DNA of 64,000 bases from an uncultured Chloroflexia bacterium (GTDB lineage: Bacteria; Chloroflexota; Limnocylindria; Limnocylindrales; CSP1-4): assembly GCA_963813335.1 (NCBI GenBank), contig CAWEYL010000006.1, forward strand, positions 32,001 to 96,000, given 5' to 3'. Below, in pieces: positions 27,679-40,337 of the stretch (position 1 is its first letter; each line of letters starts with the position of its first letter). A program made the position numbers and the translations under genes. Below the pieces are notes generated by a model. The model was given only the letters and a program-made list of their open reading frames with translations, was not told the origin of the DNA and ran no database searches.

Positions 27679-29281
27679 CTAGCCGGCCTCGGGCTCCAGG
27701 CGCGCGGGCGCGAAGGGCGGTCGGCGGACGGTGCGGTCGGCGTCCGACCACGGTCGCTCGGTCGCGACCCTGCCCTCCGGGTTGCCGTCGAAGACGTGCT
27801 GGCGGCCCTTGCCCAGGGCCTTGGCCTGGTACATGGCCACGTCGGCGTCGCTCAGCAGGGCGTCGACCCCGTGCATCGCCTCGGTGTCCACGGCCACGCC
27901 GATGCTCGCGTTGACCTCGACGGGGACGCCGGCGACGGCTCAGCGGCGCCCCCATCGCCGCGAGCAGCCGCTCCGCGACGGTGGTGGCGTAAGCGGGGTC
28001 CGGGATGTCGAGCAGGAGCACACCGAACTCGTCGCCACCGAGGCGCGCGGCCACGTCCGTGGACCGCAGGCCGTCGCGGATCCGCGCGGCCACCGCTACC
28101 AGCAGCTCGTCACCAGCGGCGTGCCCGAGGCTGTCGTTCACGGTCTTGAAGTCGTCGAGGTCCACGAACAGGGCGGCCAGCGAGCCGACACGCTGCCGGG
28201 CCGCGAGCGCCGCGTCCGCCCGGTCGACGAAGCGGCGCCGGTTGGCCAGCCCCGTCAACGGGTCGTGGAAGGCCTGGTAGCTGAGCTGCGATTCGAGGGC
28301 GCGACGCTTGGCGACGTCGCGGGCCAGGATGCCCACGAGGCCGTACAGGCGGGCCAGCACCAGCAGCGAGAGGAGCGCGGTGCCGGCGGCGATGACCGCC
28401 AGCCCGCTGTCCGCATCTGGCCCGAGCGTCACGAGCAGCGGGCCCGTCACCATCGCGGCGGCCAGACAGATCATGCGGACCGGGCCGAGCCAGGTGACCG
28501 CGACCGGCGCGGGGTCGGTCAGGCGCCGCATCGACGGATGGGCGACGGCCGTCCCGAACAGGATGTAGGCGATCAGGTAGAGGCTGTCGAGCGGACCACC
28601 CGCGACGTACGACTCGTCGAGGTTCTGGAACGCGTAGATCTGGTCGGCGACGAGCAGCGCCACCAGGCTCAGCGCGAGCATCCGGAATGCCGGCGTCCTC
28701 GCGCCCGGGGTCGTCAACAGGCCCATCGCCACGCCGATCAGCAGCAGGTCCGCGATCGGGTAGGCGAGGCTGATCGCGAGCGACAGCGTGTCGAGCTCTG
28801 TGTCGGCGGTGAGCGGGCGGATGAAGAAGGTCCACGACAGGATCGCGACGGCGGTCGTCAGGATCGAGGCGTCGAGCAGACCGCCCCGGTCGCCGTCACC
28901 GAGCCGGCGCCTGATCAGCAGCAGCAGCCCGGCCGCGATGAAGGGGTAGCCCGCGAGGTACAGGACGTCGGCCAGGGACGGGAATGGCGACTCGCCGATC
29001 GCCTCGTACCAGTTCCACATGACGTCGCCGGCGACGAACAGGCCCTGCCCGACGGCCATGAGCCACCACGGGAGCCGGCGGTCGGGCTTGTTGCGCGCGA
29101 TCGCGACGAACGCCACCACGACCGCGGACCCGCCGACGATGTCGTAGAACCAGCTCTGGCTGAGGCTGCCGCTCTCGAGGAGCCGGTGGACCACGAGTGC
29201 CAGCGCCCCGAGCGCGAAGTACGCGGCCCAGAGCGGGATGCGACCCGTGGAGCGTCGTTCGTTGGTCAAGTGCCGTACCAC
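27679..29281 (-). CDS. Membrane diguanylate cyclase (GGDEF), frameshift ~27940
   Basis: About 9 TM, HDPLTGLANR, DLDDFKTVNDSLGH, RSTD I-site, RLGGDEF; ADVAMYQAK in the next frame. Confidence 0.85.
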
Positions 29282-29451
29282 CGGAAGCGTCGTTCAGCGG
29301 CGTCGATCCGGCCCATGGGTCGACAGTACCGGCGCCCCCGCGCGATGGTCCGACGCACCTCCGCGGAAACGAGCGAACCCGCCGGTCGCCCGGCGGGTCC
29401 TTCGCATCAGATCGAGGTCCGGCGCCTCGTGGCGCCGGAGCGGGGTGTGGG

Positions 29452-29850
29452 TCAGTGGGCGCAGGACCGGGCGGTGCCCTCGTCGTCCGCGGTGCGGAAG
29501 CTCGACCCGCAGCCGCAGGCGGCGACCGCGTTCGGGTTGTTGACCGTGAAGCCGGCGCCCATGAGCGTGTCGACGTAGTCGATCTCGGCGCCGGTCAGCA
29601 GCTTCACGCTGCCGTCGTCCACGTAGACCTTGATGCCCTTCGAATCGAGGACCCGGTCCTCGGGCGTCGGCGCGTCCTCGAGCATCATCCCGTAGCGGAA
29701 CCCGGAGCAGCCACCGGAGTAGACATAGACCCGCAGGCCGATAGCCGGATTGGTCTCGGCGGCCGTCAGCTCCTGGAGCTTCGAGACGGCGGCATCGGTG
29801 AGGGACACGACCGTCGTCCCCGGGTCGGTCGTCGTCTGCGGTTCGATCAT
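29452..29850 (-). CDS. A-type Fe-S carrier (HesB/IscA/ErpA family)
   Basis: GGCSGFRY, NPNA, CGCGSSF. Confidence 0.93.
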   Translation of the reverse strand: MIEPQTTTDPGTTVVSLTDAAVSKLQELTAAETNPAIGLRVYVYSGGCSGFRYGMMLEDAPTPEDRVLDSKGIKVYVDDGSVKLLTGAEIDYVDTLMGAGFTVNNPNAVAACGCGSSFRTADDEGTARSCAH

Positions 29851-30026
29851 GCGGGCAGGTCCTCGATGATGTCGCCTTCGGGTCTGCCGGCGTGCCCGGC
29901 TTCTCGGCGTGCCGCTCATCGTACGCACGTCAACCGGTTTCGACAAGCACCCGCGTCGAAACTCTCGGCGATGGCGGCACTGGGACCTCCGACCGACTCG
30001 CAGGGTCGCGGCTCCGCTCGTTCCTG

Positions 30027-30194
30027 ATGCACGATGAGCGGCGCGCTGGCGTTCCTCGCAGGGTATGCACCTCGGATGCATCAGCGCGCGACGGTGGCGC
30101 CGATCCTGTTCCTCGCGGTCCCAGTCTCACGACTCGTGTATGCAGCCGAGGTGCATCACGTTCTCAGTGCGCTACTCCCCGGCGGAACATGCAT
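30027..30194. repeat. Family A inverted repeat pair (ATGCA(C/T)-N32-ATGCACCTCGG(A/C)TGCAT)
   Basis: Unit on + at 30027-30081, unit on - at 30140-30194; same architecture as 61625-62085. Confidence 0.75.
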
Positions 30195-30252
30195 ATCCGG
30201 GCTCGCGGGGCGGACGGGCGAGCCGGGCGCGGCGCGGAGGCCCGGGCCGACC

Positions 30253-31485
<1,233 letters not shown>

Positions 31486-31516
31486 CGACCGATCGTATCC
31501 CAGTCGGCGGCGCCCC

Positions 31517-32191
31517 CTATGGCAGCTGCGCGATGAGCTCCTCGGCTTGCTTCTTGCTGCCGGCAGTCAGGATGATCACGCCGTCGCCCTTGATGTACGT
31601 GTAGTCGAACTTCCCGGCGTCTCCCTGGTAGACGGTCTTGCCACCCAACGTGGTCTCCGTGAAGGTCTGCTTCTCCTTCACCGCCTCGGCCTTCAGCAGG
31701 TCCCGGAGCTGCCCCTCGTCGACGCCGTTGATGCGAATGATGGTCACGGCGCAGCCTGCGTCCCCGGCCAGCGCGAACCCGGCGGCGGCGCTGACGTCCG
31801 CGGTGGTCTTGCCCATCGCGTTCAGCGCCGCCTCGATGCCGGCGGCTCCCTCGTTGTCGGGATTGAAGACGTCCTTGCCCTTGAGGCTGAGCTTCTGGGC
31901 CTTTGCCCCGCACATGGTGTCGGGGATGACCGCCTCGAGATCCTTATCCTCGCTCGGGAACGTGTAGCCCGGGACGACCTGGCTCGCGGCGGGCTGGCTG
32001 GCCGCTGCCTCGCTCGGCGGCGCCGAACTAGGAGCGGCGCTCGGCGGCGCCGCCGATGGAGCGGACGCTTCCGTCGATGGTGCCGCCGCCGAAGCACTCG
32101 GCGCAGCCGACCCTCCTGTGGACCCGCTGCAGCCGACCAGTGCGATGAGCGCGATCGTCGACAGCGCGGGACCGGCGATCCGGGACCGCAT
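31517..32191 (-). CDS. Lipoprotein, hypothetical
   Basis: Lipobox LVGC, Ser/Ala/Pro linker, folded C-terminal domain. Confidence 0.75.
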   Translation of the reverse strand: MRSRIAGPALSTIALIALVGCSGSTGGSAAPSASAAAPSTEASAPSAAPPSAAPSSAPPSEAAASQPAASQVVPGYTFPSEDKDLEAVIPDTMCGAKAQKLSLKGKDVFNPDNEGAAGIEAALNAMGKTTADVSAAAGFALAGDAGCAVTIIRINGVDEGQLRDLLKAEAVKEKQTFTETTLGGKTVYQGDAGKFDYTYIKGDGVIILTAGSKKQAEELIAQLP

Positions 32192-32268
32192 GGCGAACCC
32201 CTCCATTGGCTCGTCGGCAGGCGGCCTGCCCGCCGTTCGGGCTCAGCATAGTCCCGGTCGTCTCGTCG

Positions 32269-33345
32269 TCATCGCGACCGCTCGAACGGACCCTGCGGGT
32301 GCCCGGCCCCGAGGCGGAGCGCCAGGTCGATGTCCGACGCCGAGGCGACCTCCTCGGCGATGGCACGACGGGCCTCCCCGTCGATGGCCCCGAGGATCCG
32401 CGCGGCGATCGCGGCCGCGCCGAGGTCGGAGCCCGCACTGGCGAACGCCGGAGCGACGGGGCCACGCGCCCCGTCCGTGTAGCGGTAGAACCCCTGCCCG
32501 GTCGAGCGGCCGAGGTGCCCCTCGGCGACGAGCCGCTCCTGGATCGGCGAGGGCCGCAGCCTCTCGGGCCGGCCGAGCCGCTCCCAGATGCTCCGGGCGG
32601 CGGCCAGGGTGACGTCGATGCCGGTCAGGTCCATCAGCTCGAAGGGACCCAGCGGGAACCCGGCCGCGCGCAGCGCGTCGTCCGTGGCGACCACGCCGGC
32701 GTCACCCGCTTCGAGCATCCGCAGCGCCTCGATGGTGAACGGGCGGTTGACCCGGTTGACGATGAAGCCCGGGGTGTCCGCGGCACGGACCGGGGTCTTG
32801 CCCCAGGCCATCATGCGGGCAGCGGCCCGATCGGCGACGTCCGGGTCGGTCGTCGGCGCGGCGACGACCTCCACGAGCGCCATGAGCGGCGCCGGGTTGA
32901 AGAAGTGCAGGCCGAGGACGCGACCCGGCCGGCGCGAGCCAGCCGCGATGGCCGCCACGGACAGCGCGCTGGTGTTGGTGGCGACGATCGCCTCCGGCGG
33001 GACGACCGGGTCGAGGGCGGCGACGATCGAGCGCTTGACCGCCAGGTCCTCGACTGCGGCCTCGATCACCAGGTCCGTACCGACGAGGTCGTCCAGGGTC
33101 GTCGCCCGGCGGAGGCGCTCCAGGCGGCCATCGACCCAGTCGTCGATGGAATCCGGGTCCAGGCCGAGCCGTGCGGCGCGCCGGCCGAGCCCGATCCGGA
33201 TCGCGGCGACCCCGCGCTCGACGGCGTCCGGATCGGCGTCCTCGAGGACCACGTCGTGGCCGGCCTCGATGGCCACCTGCGCGATCCCGGCCCCCATCCG
33301 GCCGGCCCCGACGACGCCGACCATCCCCAGCGATGCCGAACCCAC
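32269..33345 (-). CDS. paaH: 3-hydroxyacyl-CoA dehydrogenase
   Basis: [32 protein letters not shown]. Confidence 0.88.
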   Translation of the reverse strand: MGSASLGMVGVVGAGRMGAGIAQVAIEAGHDVVLEDADPDAVERGVAAIRIGLGRRAARLGLDPDSIDDWVDGRLERLRRATTLDDLVGTDLVIEAAVEDLAVKRSIVAALDPVVPPEAIVATNTSALSVAAIAAGSRRPGRVLGLHFFNPAPLMALVEVVAAPTTDPDVADRAAARMMAWGKTPVRAADTPGFIVNRVNRPFTIEALRMLEAGDAGVVATDDALRAAGFPLGPFELMDLTGIDVTLAAARSIWERLGRPERLRPSPIQERLVAEGHLGRSTGQGFYRYTDGARGPVAPAFASAGSDLGAAAIAARILGAIDGEARRAIAEEVASASDIDLALRLGAGHPQGPFERSR

Positions 33346-33347
33346 GG

Positions 33348-33887
33348 TCAGACGGGCTTGATGGCTTCGAACGGCTGGCGGCACGCCCGGCAGAAGAAGA
33401 GCGAGCGGCACTGGGTCGGCCCGAACGCGTTGTCCAGCACGACCCGTCCGTCGCCGCAGTACGGGCAGCGGACGTCGGCGGGCTCCGATGGCGGGGCGAT
33501 CCCGGCGACCGCCAGCGCGGCACGTCCCGCGGCGGTGATCCGGTCGCTCGTCCACGGCACCGCGAAGGTCGCGACCGCCTCGACCGCCTGACCGGCGCCG
33601 GCCGTCCGCGCGAGCCGCTCGAGGACCGCGGTCTGGATCATGTCGAGAGCCGGGCAGCCGACGAAGGTCGGAAGCAGCTCGACCCGGATCGCCGCCGGGT
33701 CGACGTCGACCTCGCCGATCATCCCGAGATCGACGATCGAGACCATCGGCAGCTCCGGGTCCATGACCTCTCCGAGCGCGGCGAGGACGGCCGCGCGGTC
33801 CGCCGCCGGCGCCCCGTCCGACGCGGCTCCCCTGATGGCGCCGGCCCGCGTCCGCGCGACGGCGACGTGGATGCCGCCCTCGCTCAC
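33348..33887 (-). CDS. paaD: Phenylacetyl-CoA epoxidase subunit D
   Basis: DPELP, PTFVGCPA, WTSDRI, CPYCG, FGPTQCR, CRACRQPFE. Confidence 0.9.
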   Translation of the reverse strand: MSEGGIHVAVARTRAGAIRGAASDGAPAADRAAVLAALGEVMDPELPMVSIVDLGMIGEVDVDPAAIRVELLPTFVGCPALDMIQTAVLERLARTAGAGQAVEAVATFAVPWTSDRITAAGRAALAVAGIAPPSEPADVRCPYCGDGRVVLDNAFGPTQCRSLFFCRACRQPFEAIKPV

Positions 33888-34662
33888 CAGGCCGCCCCGG
33901 GCTCGCTGTTGCGGACCATGGTGAACTCGCCCCACAGCCAGTCGAACGCGGCCCCGTGGCCCTCGCGACCGTCGGTCGGCGCCGGACCGGGATCCGGCTC
34001 GGGCAGGTCGAGGCCGCGAAGCGTCGGCGCGATCGCGGCCCGCCAGCGGGTCTCGAGCTCGCGCATCGGACAGGGCCAGGATCCCCGCCTCGACCAGTGC
34101 CGGCTCGCCGGGGAGTGGCGTGAAGACCGTGGCCGCGTCCGGCGCGAGCGTCTCGAGCGCGGTACGCAGGCGGACCCGCGACTCGCCGCCGGCACCCGCC
34201 AGTCGCGCGAGCCAGGCCTCGACGTGCATCCGGTGGTAGCGCTCCTCGCGGACGAGCTTCCCGACCAGCTCGGCCAGCGGCGCCCACGAGCCGCCGACCA
34301 GGCGCCTCGAGCCGGACCGCGTCGGCGGTCTCGTACAGGAAGCGGCGGGCGATGGTCATCGCCCAGTCGCCGCGGCCGTGGTCCAGCAGCCTGGCGTGCC
34401 GGTACTCGGCCGGCTGGCGGTCGTAGGCGAGGCGGTCCGCGTCCCCGCCGGTCAGGTCGGCCAGGAGCCCGTAGAGCGCGGCCGCGTGGCCCAGCTCGTC
34501 CTGGGCGAGCGAGCTCATCGCGACGTCCTCCTCGAGGAGCGGCGCGATACCGGTCCACTCGGAGTCGCTGAAGCCGATGACGAACTCGTCGTCGGCCATC
34601 GAGCGCAGCAGCGACTCGAGCCCAAGGCCGATGCCAGCGCCGAAGGGTGCGGCGACCGTCAT
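33884..34662 (-). CDS. paaC: Phenylacetyl-CoA epoxidase subunit C (frameshifts ~34303 and ~34072)
   Basis: ADDE, APLLEEDVA, QDELGHA; EERYHRMH; C-terminal PGAAW, spread over three frames. Confidence 0.85.
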
Positions 34663-35012
34663 CCCGGGCGCGCCTTCGGCTTCGACTGCCCAGCCGCCTT
34701 GCGCGCAGCGGCCAGCTTGTCGCGCATGACGTAGCCGCCCGGCTTCTTGAACGAGCGGTCGAGCGGCGGCTGGAGCAGGTCCGGGTCGGCGATGTCGACG
34801 ATGTCGGCGCGGCGGACCACCCACAGCCGGATGCTCTCCTGGCGACGGCCGTAGAGCTCGCGCGCGTAGTGGGCCGCGAGGACCCCGTCGGGGGCCATCA
34901 CGCTCCCGCCGTGGCGCATCGCGTCGCCCTCCTTCTCCTGGCGGAAGACCTCCCATGGCTCGAGGGTCGGGGCCTCGATGGCGGGGTCGAGCGGCCCCGG
35001 CTCGCGCGTCAT
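34659..35012 (-). CDS. paaB: Phenylacetyl-CoA epoxidase subunit B
   Basis: WEVF, HGGSVMAPD, YGRRQE, LWVV. Confidence 0.88.
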   Translation of the reverse strand: MTREPGPLDPAIEAPTLEPWEVFRQEKEGDAMRHGGSVMAPDGVLAAHYARELYGRRQESIRLWVVRRADIVDIADPDLLQPPLDRSFKKPGGYVMRDKLAAARKAAGQSKPKARPG

Positions 35013-35995
35013 GCCGCCCGCGGCGCCGCCAGGATGGCGTCGCGCACCCAGCGGGTCTCGGCCCGGGCGAGGCGGCGGAACGCGAGCCGTGCCTCGGACA
35101 TCGGGCCGTGGTTGGTGACGACGGTCCGCAGCTCCGCCCAGTCGGGCTCGCGATAGATCCACGCGCCGGTGGCCTCGTCGAGGCGCAGGTCCGGATCCGG
35201 GATCACGAGGCCCAGCTCGCGGATCCGCGGCACGTAGATGGTGAGGAACTCCTGGCGCAGCTCCTCGGAGGTCTTGGCCTTGATCCGCCAGTGCAGGTCG
35301 CGGTCGGTCTCGCGCGGCGAGCGCGGGCCGTGCATCTGCATCAGCGGGCCCCACCAGCGGTCGAGCGCGTCCTGGATCGCCGCCCGCTGGCTCGGCGTGC
35401 CGGTGACCATGGTCACGACGACATCGCGCCCATGCATGATGTGGACCGATTCCTCCCAGCAGATCTTGCGCATGGTCCGCGCGTACGGCGCGTACGACGA
35501 GTCGCGCAGCGCCTGCTGCGCGACGATCGCGGCCGCGTCGACCAGCCAGGCGATCATGCCGACATCGGCCCAGCCGACCGTCGGGTAGTGGAAGACGTTG
35601 TGGAACTTCGTCCGGCCGGCGAGCAGGTCGTCGAACATCGCCTCGCGCGGCTTGCCGAGGTCCTCCGCGATGCGGTACAGCAGCTGGGCGTGGCCCACCT
35701 CGTCCTGGACCTTGGCGGTGAGGGCCAGCTTGCGGCGCAGGGTCGGCGCGCGCATCAGCCACTCGCGCTCGGGGAGGACGCCCATGAGCTCCGAGTTCGC
35801 ATGCATCTCGACGAAGCGCAGGACCGCGTTGCGGTACTCGTCGGGCATCCAGTCGGTGGCCTCCACGTAGCCGCCGTCCGCGATGTGCGCCTCGAACAGG
35901 GCGAACCGCTCGTCATGGGGCAGCTCGGCGTTGGACGCCGGCCCGCTGCGCTCGCGCGGCGAGAGGATGGGGTCGAGGGCCAGCGGGTCGGTCAT
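35009..35995 (-). CDS. paaA: Phenylacetyl-CoA epoxidase subunit A
   Basis: HANSE, APTLRRK, KVQDEVGH, WEESVH (diiron ExxH motifs). Confidence 0.93.
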   Translation of the reverse strand: MTDPLALDPILSPRERSGPASNAELPHDERFALFEAHIADGGYVEATDWMPDEYRNAVLRFVEMHANSELMGVLPEREWLMRAPTLRRKLALTAKVQDEVGHAQLLYRIAEDLGKPREAMFDDLLAGRTKFHNVFHYPTVGWADVGMIAWLVDAAAIVAQQALRDSSYAPYARTMRKICWEESVHIMHGRDVVVTMVTGTPSQRAAIQDALDRWWGPLMQMHGPRSPRETDRDLHWRIKAKTSEELRQEFLTIYVPRIRELGLVIPDPDLRLDEATGAWIYREPDWAELRTVVTNHGPMSEARLAFRRLARAETRWVRDAILAAPRAA

Positions 35996-36603
35996 CGGGA
36001 GGCACCATCGTCGGGCGCGTGGGCTCCGCCGCCGACCGCGCCGAGTGCCAGCTCCGCGTAGATCCCCGCGACCTCGGCGGGGCGCAGCCGGCCGTTCGGG
36101 CGGTACCAGGCCACGAGCCCGTTGAGCGCGGTGAGGATGAAGGCCGCGGCCGTCGTCGGATCGACGGCCCCGAAGTCCGCGCTGGCGGCGCCGAGCTCGA
36201 TGACCGACCGGAACCGCGCCTCGTACGCGTCGCGCCGACGCGAGATGCTCGCCCGTCTGGCGCTCGCGAGCGAGCGCCACTCGTGGACGAAGACGCTCGC
36301 CCGCTCGACGTCCTCGGTCACGACGCCGACATGGGCCCGGACCAGCGCGTCGAGCCGGCCCGCGGCATCGGCCGGGTCGACGCCGACGGTCGCCGCGTCG
36401 GCCGCGGCCTCGAAGCGGGTGGCCGTCCGCTCGACGATCGACCACAGGACCTCCTCCTTGGAGGTCACGTGGGCATACAGGCTGGCGCCCTGGATGTCGA
36501 GGGCGCGCGCGATGTCGCGCACGCTGGTGCCCGAGTAGCCGCGCTCGTGGAAGAGCGTGCTGGCGGCAGCCTCGATCTCGCGTCGGCGGGTGGTCTCGAC
36601 CAC
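35992..36603 (-). CDS. TetR-family regulator (PaaR-like)
   Basis: GYSGTSVRDIA...SLYAHVTSKEE, WYRPNG. Confidence 0.88.
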   Translation of the reverse strand: MVETTRRREIEAAASTLFHERGYSGTSVRDIARALDIQGASLYAHVTSKEEVLWSIVERTATRFEAAADAATVGVDPADAAGRLDALVRAHVGVVTEDVERASVFVHEWRSLASARRASISRRRDAYEARFRSVIELGAASADFGAVDPTTAAAFILTALNGLVAWYRPNGRLRPAEVAGIYAELALGAVGGGAHAPDDGASR

Positions 36604-36616
36604 GGGCTCCCCGATG

Positions 36617-36638
36617 TCCTAACGAACGCTTGTTAGGG
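36617..36638. promoter_or_regulatory. Candidate PaaR operator CCTAACGAACGCTTGTTAGG
   Basis: Dyad CCTAAC...GTTAGG just upstream of the TetR gene and paaABCD. Confidence 0.6.
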
Positions 36639-36680
36639 GTCAGCCTACGGCATCGGCCGGCCGCGAGACAAGAGCGAGCG

Positions 36681-37488
36681 CTACTCCCCGGTGAACCGCG
36701 GCGGCCGCTTCTCGAGGAACGCCGCCATCCCCTCGGCATGGTCGGCGCTCGCCCCGGCCACGCCCTGACGGAACGCCTCCTCCTCGAGCGCGCGGTCGAG
36801 GTCGATCTCCCAGGCGCGGTCGAGGGCGTGCTTCGTCGATGCGAGGGCGCCCGGGGCCAGTCCCGCGAGCCGGACGGCGATGGCTCGCGCCGCCTCGACC
36901 ACCTCGTCCGCCGGCACGACCGCGGCGACCAGCCCGAACCGCTCCGCGTCGACGGCCGAGAGCGGGTCCGCGGTCAGCGCCAGCTGGGCGGCCTTCGCCC
37001 CGCCGATGAGCCGCGGCAGCAGCCACGTCGCGCCGCTGTCGGGCACCAGCCCGATCCGCCCGAATGCCAGCAGGAAGCTCGCCTCGGTCGGCCGCGACCC
37101 GGATGTCGCAGGCGAAGGCGAGCGAGGCGCCCGCCCCGGCGGCCACCCCGTTGACGGCCCCGACGATCGGCTGGTCCAGCGCGCGCATCGCACGGATGAT
37201 CGGGTTGTAGCGCTCGCGCAGCTCGACCGCGAGCGGCGCCGCGTCCGGCCGCTGCCGCTCCTTGAGATCCTGGCCGGCGCAGAACGCCCGTCCGGCGCCG
37301 GTCAGCACGACCGCGCGGATCGAGCGGTCGCGGGCGATGGCCCGGAAGGCCGCCAGCAGCTCCCCCTTGAGCCCGACGGTCAACGCATTGAGCGCGTCGG
37401 GACGGTCGAGGGTGACGACCGCCACACCATCGTCGACCTCGACGCGCAGCGTCTCGAAGGCGGGCATCGCGCCGCCGCGGGCCGCCAT
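36681..37488 (-). CDS. paaG: Enoyl-CoA isomerase PaaG-like (frameshift ~37090)
   Basis: AFCAGQDL, AAGAGASLA, IGLVPDSG, AFLEKRPP. Confidence 0.85.
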
Positions 37489-38288
37489 CAGGCGACGGCA
37501 CCCCCGTCGAATTCGACGAGTCGGCCGTCGACCAGCTCGAAGACCCGCCGGTCGATGGGCTCGTCCGCGCCGCCGGACTGCTCGACCGTGAATTCGGAGA
37601 AGAGCGAGGCGAAGTCCGGGTCGTCGGGACGCAGCGATGCCGCGGTCAGCAGGTGGCGTTCGGGCAGGCCGATGAGGATGCGCCCGTGGGGCGCCAGCTC
37701 GGCGGCGAGGTGGGCGATGACCTCGGGCAGCAGGATCCGGACGGCATCCCAGCCGTCGCCGGTGTCCGAGCTGACGAGGCGGCGGTCGCCGGAGATCTCG
37801 TCGGTCCACGGGGCGCTCGCCGACCAGCGCGCGAGGTTGGCCATCGCGGCCTCCTGGATCGCCGCCGGCTCGACGCCCCACGACAGGAGGTGGTCGCCGT
37901 TGACCACGACGTCGTACGCGCCCGCATCGATGGTGTAGACGATGGGCAGGCCGGCCGGGCCGATGTCGAGGAGCGGCTGGGCGTGGCTCATCGCCCCCTG
38001 GGCCGACAGCCGGTCACGGTCGAGCGACTCGATCGGGAGGCCCTGGGTCCCGACCGGCCGGAAGGCCGGGTAGATGAGTTCCTTCGCCCGCTCCCAGTCG
38101 TGCTCGGGAGAATCGACAGCCGATCCGGCCGATTCCGGGGCCGGGGTATGGCCGCTGACCGGCGAGGAATCGTCGAGCGGGGCAAGGTAGTCGGGTGCGG
38201 TATCGCGGTACGCGGGCGCCGGCTCGTCGCCGAATTCGCGGCCCAGATCGCTTCCGACATCGCTCGCATCGGGCAAGTCGCGCTCCAT
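37488..38288 (-). CDS. Hypothetical protein (DUF1444-like)
   Basis: AGGAGG SD; AMANL, DGWDAVRILLP, IGLPERHLL. Confidence 0.65.
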   Translation of the reverse strand: MERDLPDASDVGSDLGREFGDEPAPAYRDTAPDYLAPLDDSSPVSGHTPAPESAGSAVDSPEHDWERAKELIYPAFRPVGTQGLPIESLDRDRLSAQGAMSHAQPLLDIGPAGLPIVYTIDAGAYDVVVNGDHLLSWGVEPAAIQEAAMANLARWSASAPWTDEISGDRRLVSSDTGDGWDAVRILLPEVIAHLAAELAPHGRILIGLPERHLLTAASLRPDDPDFASLFSEFTVEQSGGADEPIDRRVFELVDGRLVEFDGGAVA

Positions 38289-38311
38289 CGTTCCTCCTCG
38301 CGTCCCTGGGC

Positions 38312-39151
38312 TTAGCGTCCGGACCAGACCGGCGCGCGCTTGTCGGTGAAGGCCTGCATCCCCTCGGCCTGGTCGTCGGTGTCGAACAGCGCGAAGAACG
38401 CCGCCCGTTCGGCCGCCAGCCCGATGCTCAATGGTCGTTCACTCGCGTCGCGGACGGCGGCCTTCGCCGCATGCACGGCGAGCGGCGGCATGCTCGCGAT
38501 CCGGGCGGCCAGCTCGAGGGCGGCATCGATGGTCGCCTCGGCCGGCACGACCCGGGTCACGAGCCCGAGCCGCTCGGCCTCGGCCGCGCCGATCGAGCGC
38601 CCGGTCAGGATCAGCTCCATCGCCCGTGCCGAGCCGATCGCCCGGGTCAGCCGTTGGGTCCCGCCGGCACCGGGCATGACCCCGATCGCGATCTCGGGCT
38701 GCCCGAACGTGGCGTCGTCGCCGGCCACGATCATGTCGCAGGTCATCGCCAGCTCGCAGCCGCCCCCGAGCGCGAAGCCCCGGACGGCCGCGATCAGCGG
38801 CGTTCGCACGGCGGCCAGCCGGTCCCAGGCCTCGAACCGCCGCCCGGCGGCGAGCGAGGCCGACGTCTGCGAAGCCAGCTCCTTGATGTCCGCCCCGGCC
38901 GCAAAGGCCCGCGTCCCCGCTCCGGTCAGGACGATCGCGCGGCAACCCGCGTCGCGATCCAGCGCGTCGAGCGCGTCGGCCAGCGCGTCGAGCAGGTCGA
39001 ACGAGAGGGCATTGAGCACGTCGCGCCGGTCGATGGTGACCAGGGCGACCCCCTCGAGCGTCCCGTGCGGCGCCGCCGACGCCGGGGCGGGCGCCGGGAA
39101 CGCGACGGCGACCGACGTCGCGGCGCTGATCGCGGCAGGGGGGTGCGTCAC
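38312..39151 (-). CDS. paaF: Enoyl-CoA hydratase
   Basis: AFAAGADIKE, GGGCELA, FGQPEI, PGAGGTQRL. Confidence 0.85.
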   Translation of the reverse strand: MTHPPAAISAATSVAVAFPAPAPASAAPHGTLEGVALVTIDRRDVLNALSFDLLDALADALDALDRDAGCRAIVLTGAGTRAFAAGADIKELASQTSASLAAGRRFEAWDRLAAVRTPLIAAVRGFALGGGCELAMTCDMIVAGDDATFGQPEIAIGVMPGAGGTQRLTRAIGSARAMELILTGRSIGAAEAERLGLVTRVVPAEATIDAALELAARIASMPPLAVHAAKAAVRDASERPLSIGLAAERAAFFALFDTDDQAEGMQAFTDKRAPVWSGR

Positions 39152-39525
39152 TCGACTCCTTCGCTCGGCGTGCTGACAGTATCCACGCCCGGGGAAGCCG
39201 CCTCGTCCATTTCCGGCGCGTCCTCCAGCACGAGCAGGGTCGAGAGCCCCGGCGCGATCGCCCGCAGGTTGCGGCCGGCCGCGCGCATCGCGTCCGAGGC
39301 GAGCCCGGCGTCCATCGCCGCGCGATCGTCGAACGTCATCGCGGTGACGAGGACCAGGTCGGTCTCCTCGCCGAGCGCCTCGACCACGCGACGGACCCGG
39401 GTCGCGCGCAGCCCGGGCGTTCCCGCGACGAGCGGCAGGTGCTCCGTCGCGTAGCGCCGCTCGAACTCGGCAAGCGCGTCGGGGCCACCGGCCGGGCGGC
39501 GGAACAGGGCCAGCAGCGTCGTCAT
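39148..39525 (-). CDS. EthD-family protein
   Basis: FERRYATEHLPL, PGL, AMTFDD. Confidence 0.8.
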   Translation of the reverse strand: MTTLLALFRRPAGGPDALAEFERRYATEHLPLVAGTPGLRATRVRRVVEALGEETDLVLVTAMTFDDRAAMDAGLASDAMRAAGRNLRAIAPGLSTLLVLEDAPEMDEAASPGVDTVSTPSEGVE

Positions 39526-40283
39526 CGGGCGGTCTCCTCTCGATAGAAGTCGTCGATCGCGGCCGCGAAGACCGCGGGCCGCTCCCGGATGAGCTCGTGG
39601 CCGCATGCCGGCGCGACGAGGAGCCGGGCGTCCGGCACCTCGCGAGCGAGCGACCACGCGTGCCCCACCGGGACGAAGGGATCGCGGTCGCCGCAGGCGA
39701 TCAGGGTCGGGACGTGGATCCCGTGGATGGCCGCCGCGGTCAGGAGCGGCTGCTCGGCGACGTCGGCGGCGATCGCCGGCAGCAGGCGGCGCCAGGCACC
39801 CGCCCCCTGGCCCGGGCCGTGGAGCGCGTCGAGGCGGCGCGCCCAGGCCGGGTCGTCGCGCTCGATGCGTGCCGGGTCCAGCGCGTGCCGGGCGACGCGC
39901 GCCCGCGGCTCGCGGTCGGGGCTGATCCCGATGATGACCAGCGAGCGGAGGCGGTCCGGAAAGCCGGCACCCACGTTGAGCGCGGTCGTCGCGCCCATCG
40001 AGAAGCCAAGGAGATGGAACGTCTCGAGCTGCAGGGCATCGGCGAAGGCGATGACGTCGGCCACGAGATCGGCCGTGGTGAACCCGTCGGCGGCATCCCA
40101 GCGGGTCGCCCCGTGCCCGCGGGCGTCGGGACGGTAGACGCGGAACCGGGCGGACAGCCCGTCGGCCGCAGGCCCGAGGCCTTCGGCGCCGCTGGATCCC
40201 GCCTCGTGGAGCACGATCAGCGGCGGCCCCTGGCCGTCCGCCGCATAGGCGACCTGCAGACCGTTGGCGTCGACCGTCGGCAT
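39522..40283 (-). CDS. Alpha/beta hydrolase
   Basis: DARGHG, GFSMG nucleophile elbow, GDRD, GH. Confidence 0.88.
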   Translation of the reverse strand: MPTVDANGLQVAYAADGQGPPLIVLHEAGSSGAEGLGPAADGLSARFRVYRPDARGHGATRWDAADGFTTADLVADVIAFADALQLETFHLLGFSMGATTALNVGAGFPDRLRSLVIIGISPDREPRARVARHALDPARIERDDPAWARRLDALHGPGQGAGAWRRLLPAIAADVAEQPLLTAAAIHGIHVPTLIACGDRDPFVPVGHAWSLAREVPDARLLVAPACGHELIRERPAVFAAAIDDFYREETAR

Positions 40284-40337
40284 CGTGGCGCCGATGCTAG
40301 CGCCCGGGCCGACCGGCCATCGGTCCGTCGGCCGCGG

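Noticed and set aside
27095-29281. Apparent GGDEF-LON fusion (728 aa), and likewise the PaaC-PaaH (895 aa) and Acr3-ArsR (455 aa) fusions
   Set aside because: Produced by frameshift read-through via junk linkers; each downstream gene has its own start
30027-30194. Family A repeats as a mini-CRISPR (32-nt variable segments)
   Set aside because: Units are inverted, the flanking boxes are unequal (6 vs 17 bp), there is no direct-repeat array and no cas genes
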